Origin: Raillietiella orientalis
Taxonomy: Eukaryota
NCBI GenBank assembly: GCA_036172245.1
Contig: JAYWIR010000035.1
Span: 2,232,001-2,296,000, forward strand
Length of the DNA: 64,000 bases
Reading direction: 5' to 3'
Below the pieces are notes generated by a model. It saw nothing but the letters and a program-made list of their open reading frames with translations, was not told the DNA's origin and ran no database searches. A program made the position numbers and the translations under genes. This document shows positions 63,564 to 64,000 of the stretch, in pieces; the first letter of the stretch is position 1, and each line of letters starts with the position of its first letter.

Positions 63564-64000
63564 TTATCACGCAGTCACGCCGGGGCGTTTATTAATAATA
63601 ATAAACTGGTCAGGGACAATGTCCTTAACCAACAGAACGACAGAGAACATAGAAAAATTACCGGCACGCAGGCCTGGTAAACAAACCGCTCGCAGCGTGG
63701 AGGGAATGAGGGGACACAAACAAAAATGTAAAACAGGAGGGAAGGGTAACGGGTTCTTGGTTAGGCTCCGTACTCACGGGGATTTAAACGATGAGCACCT
63801 AAAAGGTTCCGGAGCCTATGGGGACGCGTGTGCAAAAAGAAAATACAAAATTAGTTTCTAGAGGGTAGGGCAATGATCACCGGGTTGGCCGCTGCTGAGG
63901 GTGTGTAAACCGGCGGTGTATTGCGGCGAGATTCCTTTTTGTCTCCTCTGTCAAATGAGGCCATCTAGCGGATGCTCCCATGTAGAAGGATGCTTTGCTG
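63564..64000 (-). mobile_element. Family E 3' end (runs off window)
   Basis: Near-identical to 15778-16210 (offset 47786). Confidence 0.88.

Noticed and set aside
1..64000. Hundreds of 60-400 aa ORFs on opposite strands or alternative frames
   Set aside because: They are shadow ORFs of GC-rich retrotransposon coding sequence, with no independent motifs.
1..64000. Telomeric repeats, tRNA/rRNA/snRNA target genes, host genes, RNase H domain
   Set aside because: None was recognisable by eye; profile searches would be needed to exclude short remnants.

Overview
The whole window is a eukaryotic, GC-rich, host-gene-free nest of APE-type non-LTR retrotransposons (L1/Tx1-like). Each element has ORF1 (RRM-like region, 2 CCHC knuckles, disordered tail) and ORF2 (AP endonuclease, RT with YADD, C-terminal CxxC..HxxxxC). 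I resolve about 25 segments into about 6 related families, labelled A-F by eye. All copies are truncated, interrupted or mutated. The main observation is that the nesting is not random: each family lands at its own conserved coding motif inside another family. C inserts after the GFG codons of the EN-RT linker, D at TLQSL, E at the catalytic GDFN, A at the ORF1 CxVVV motif, and B at RT motif A (HKAFD, with a 15/16-bp TSD). Most insertions are antisense. The families share a 5' start G(G/A)ACG(TG)TT and a 3' end of AATAAA plus a CCCGG-loop-CCGGG hairpin with no poly(A). Two inverted segmental duplications, a probable gene-conversion tract and a fold-back junction are also visible. Family assignments and boundaries come from visual alignment (about +/-10 bp). 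The host organism cannot be determined from the sequence.
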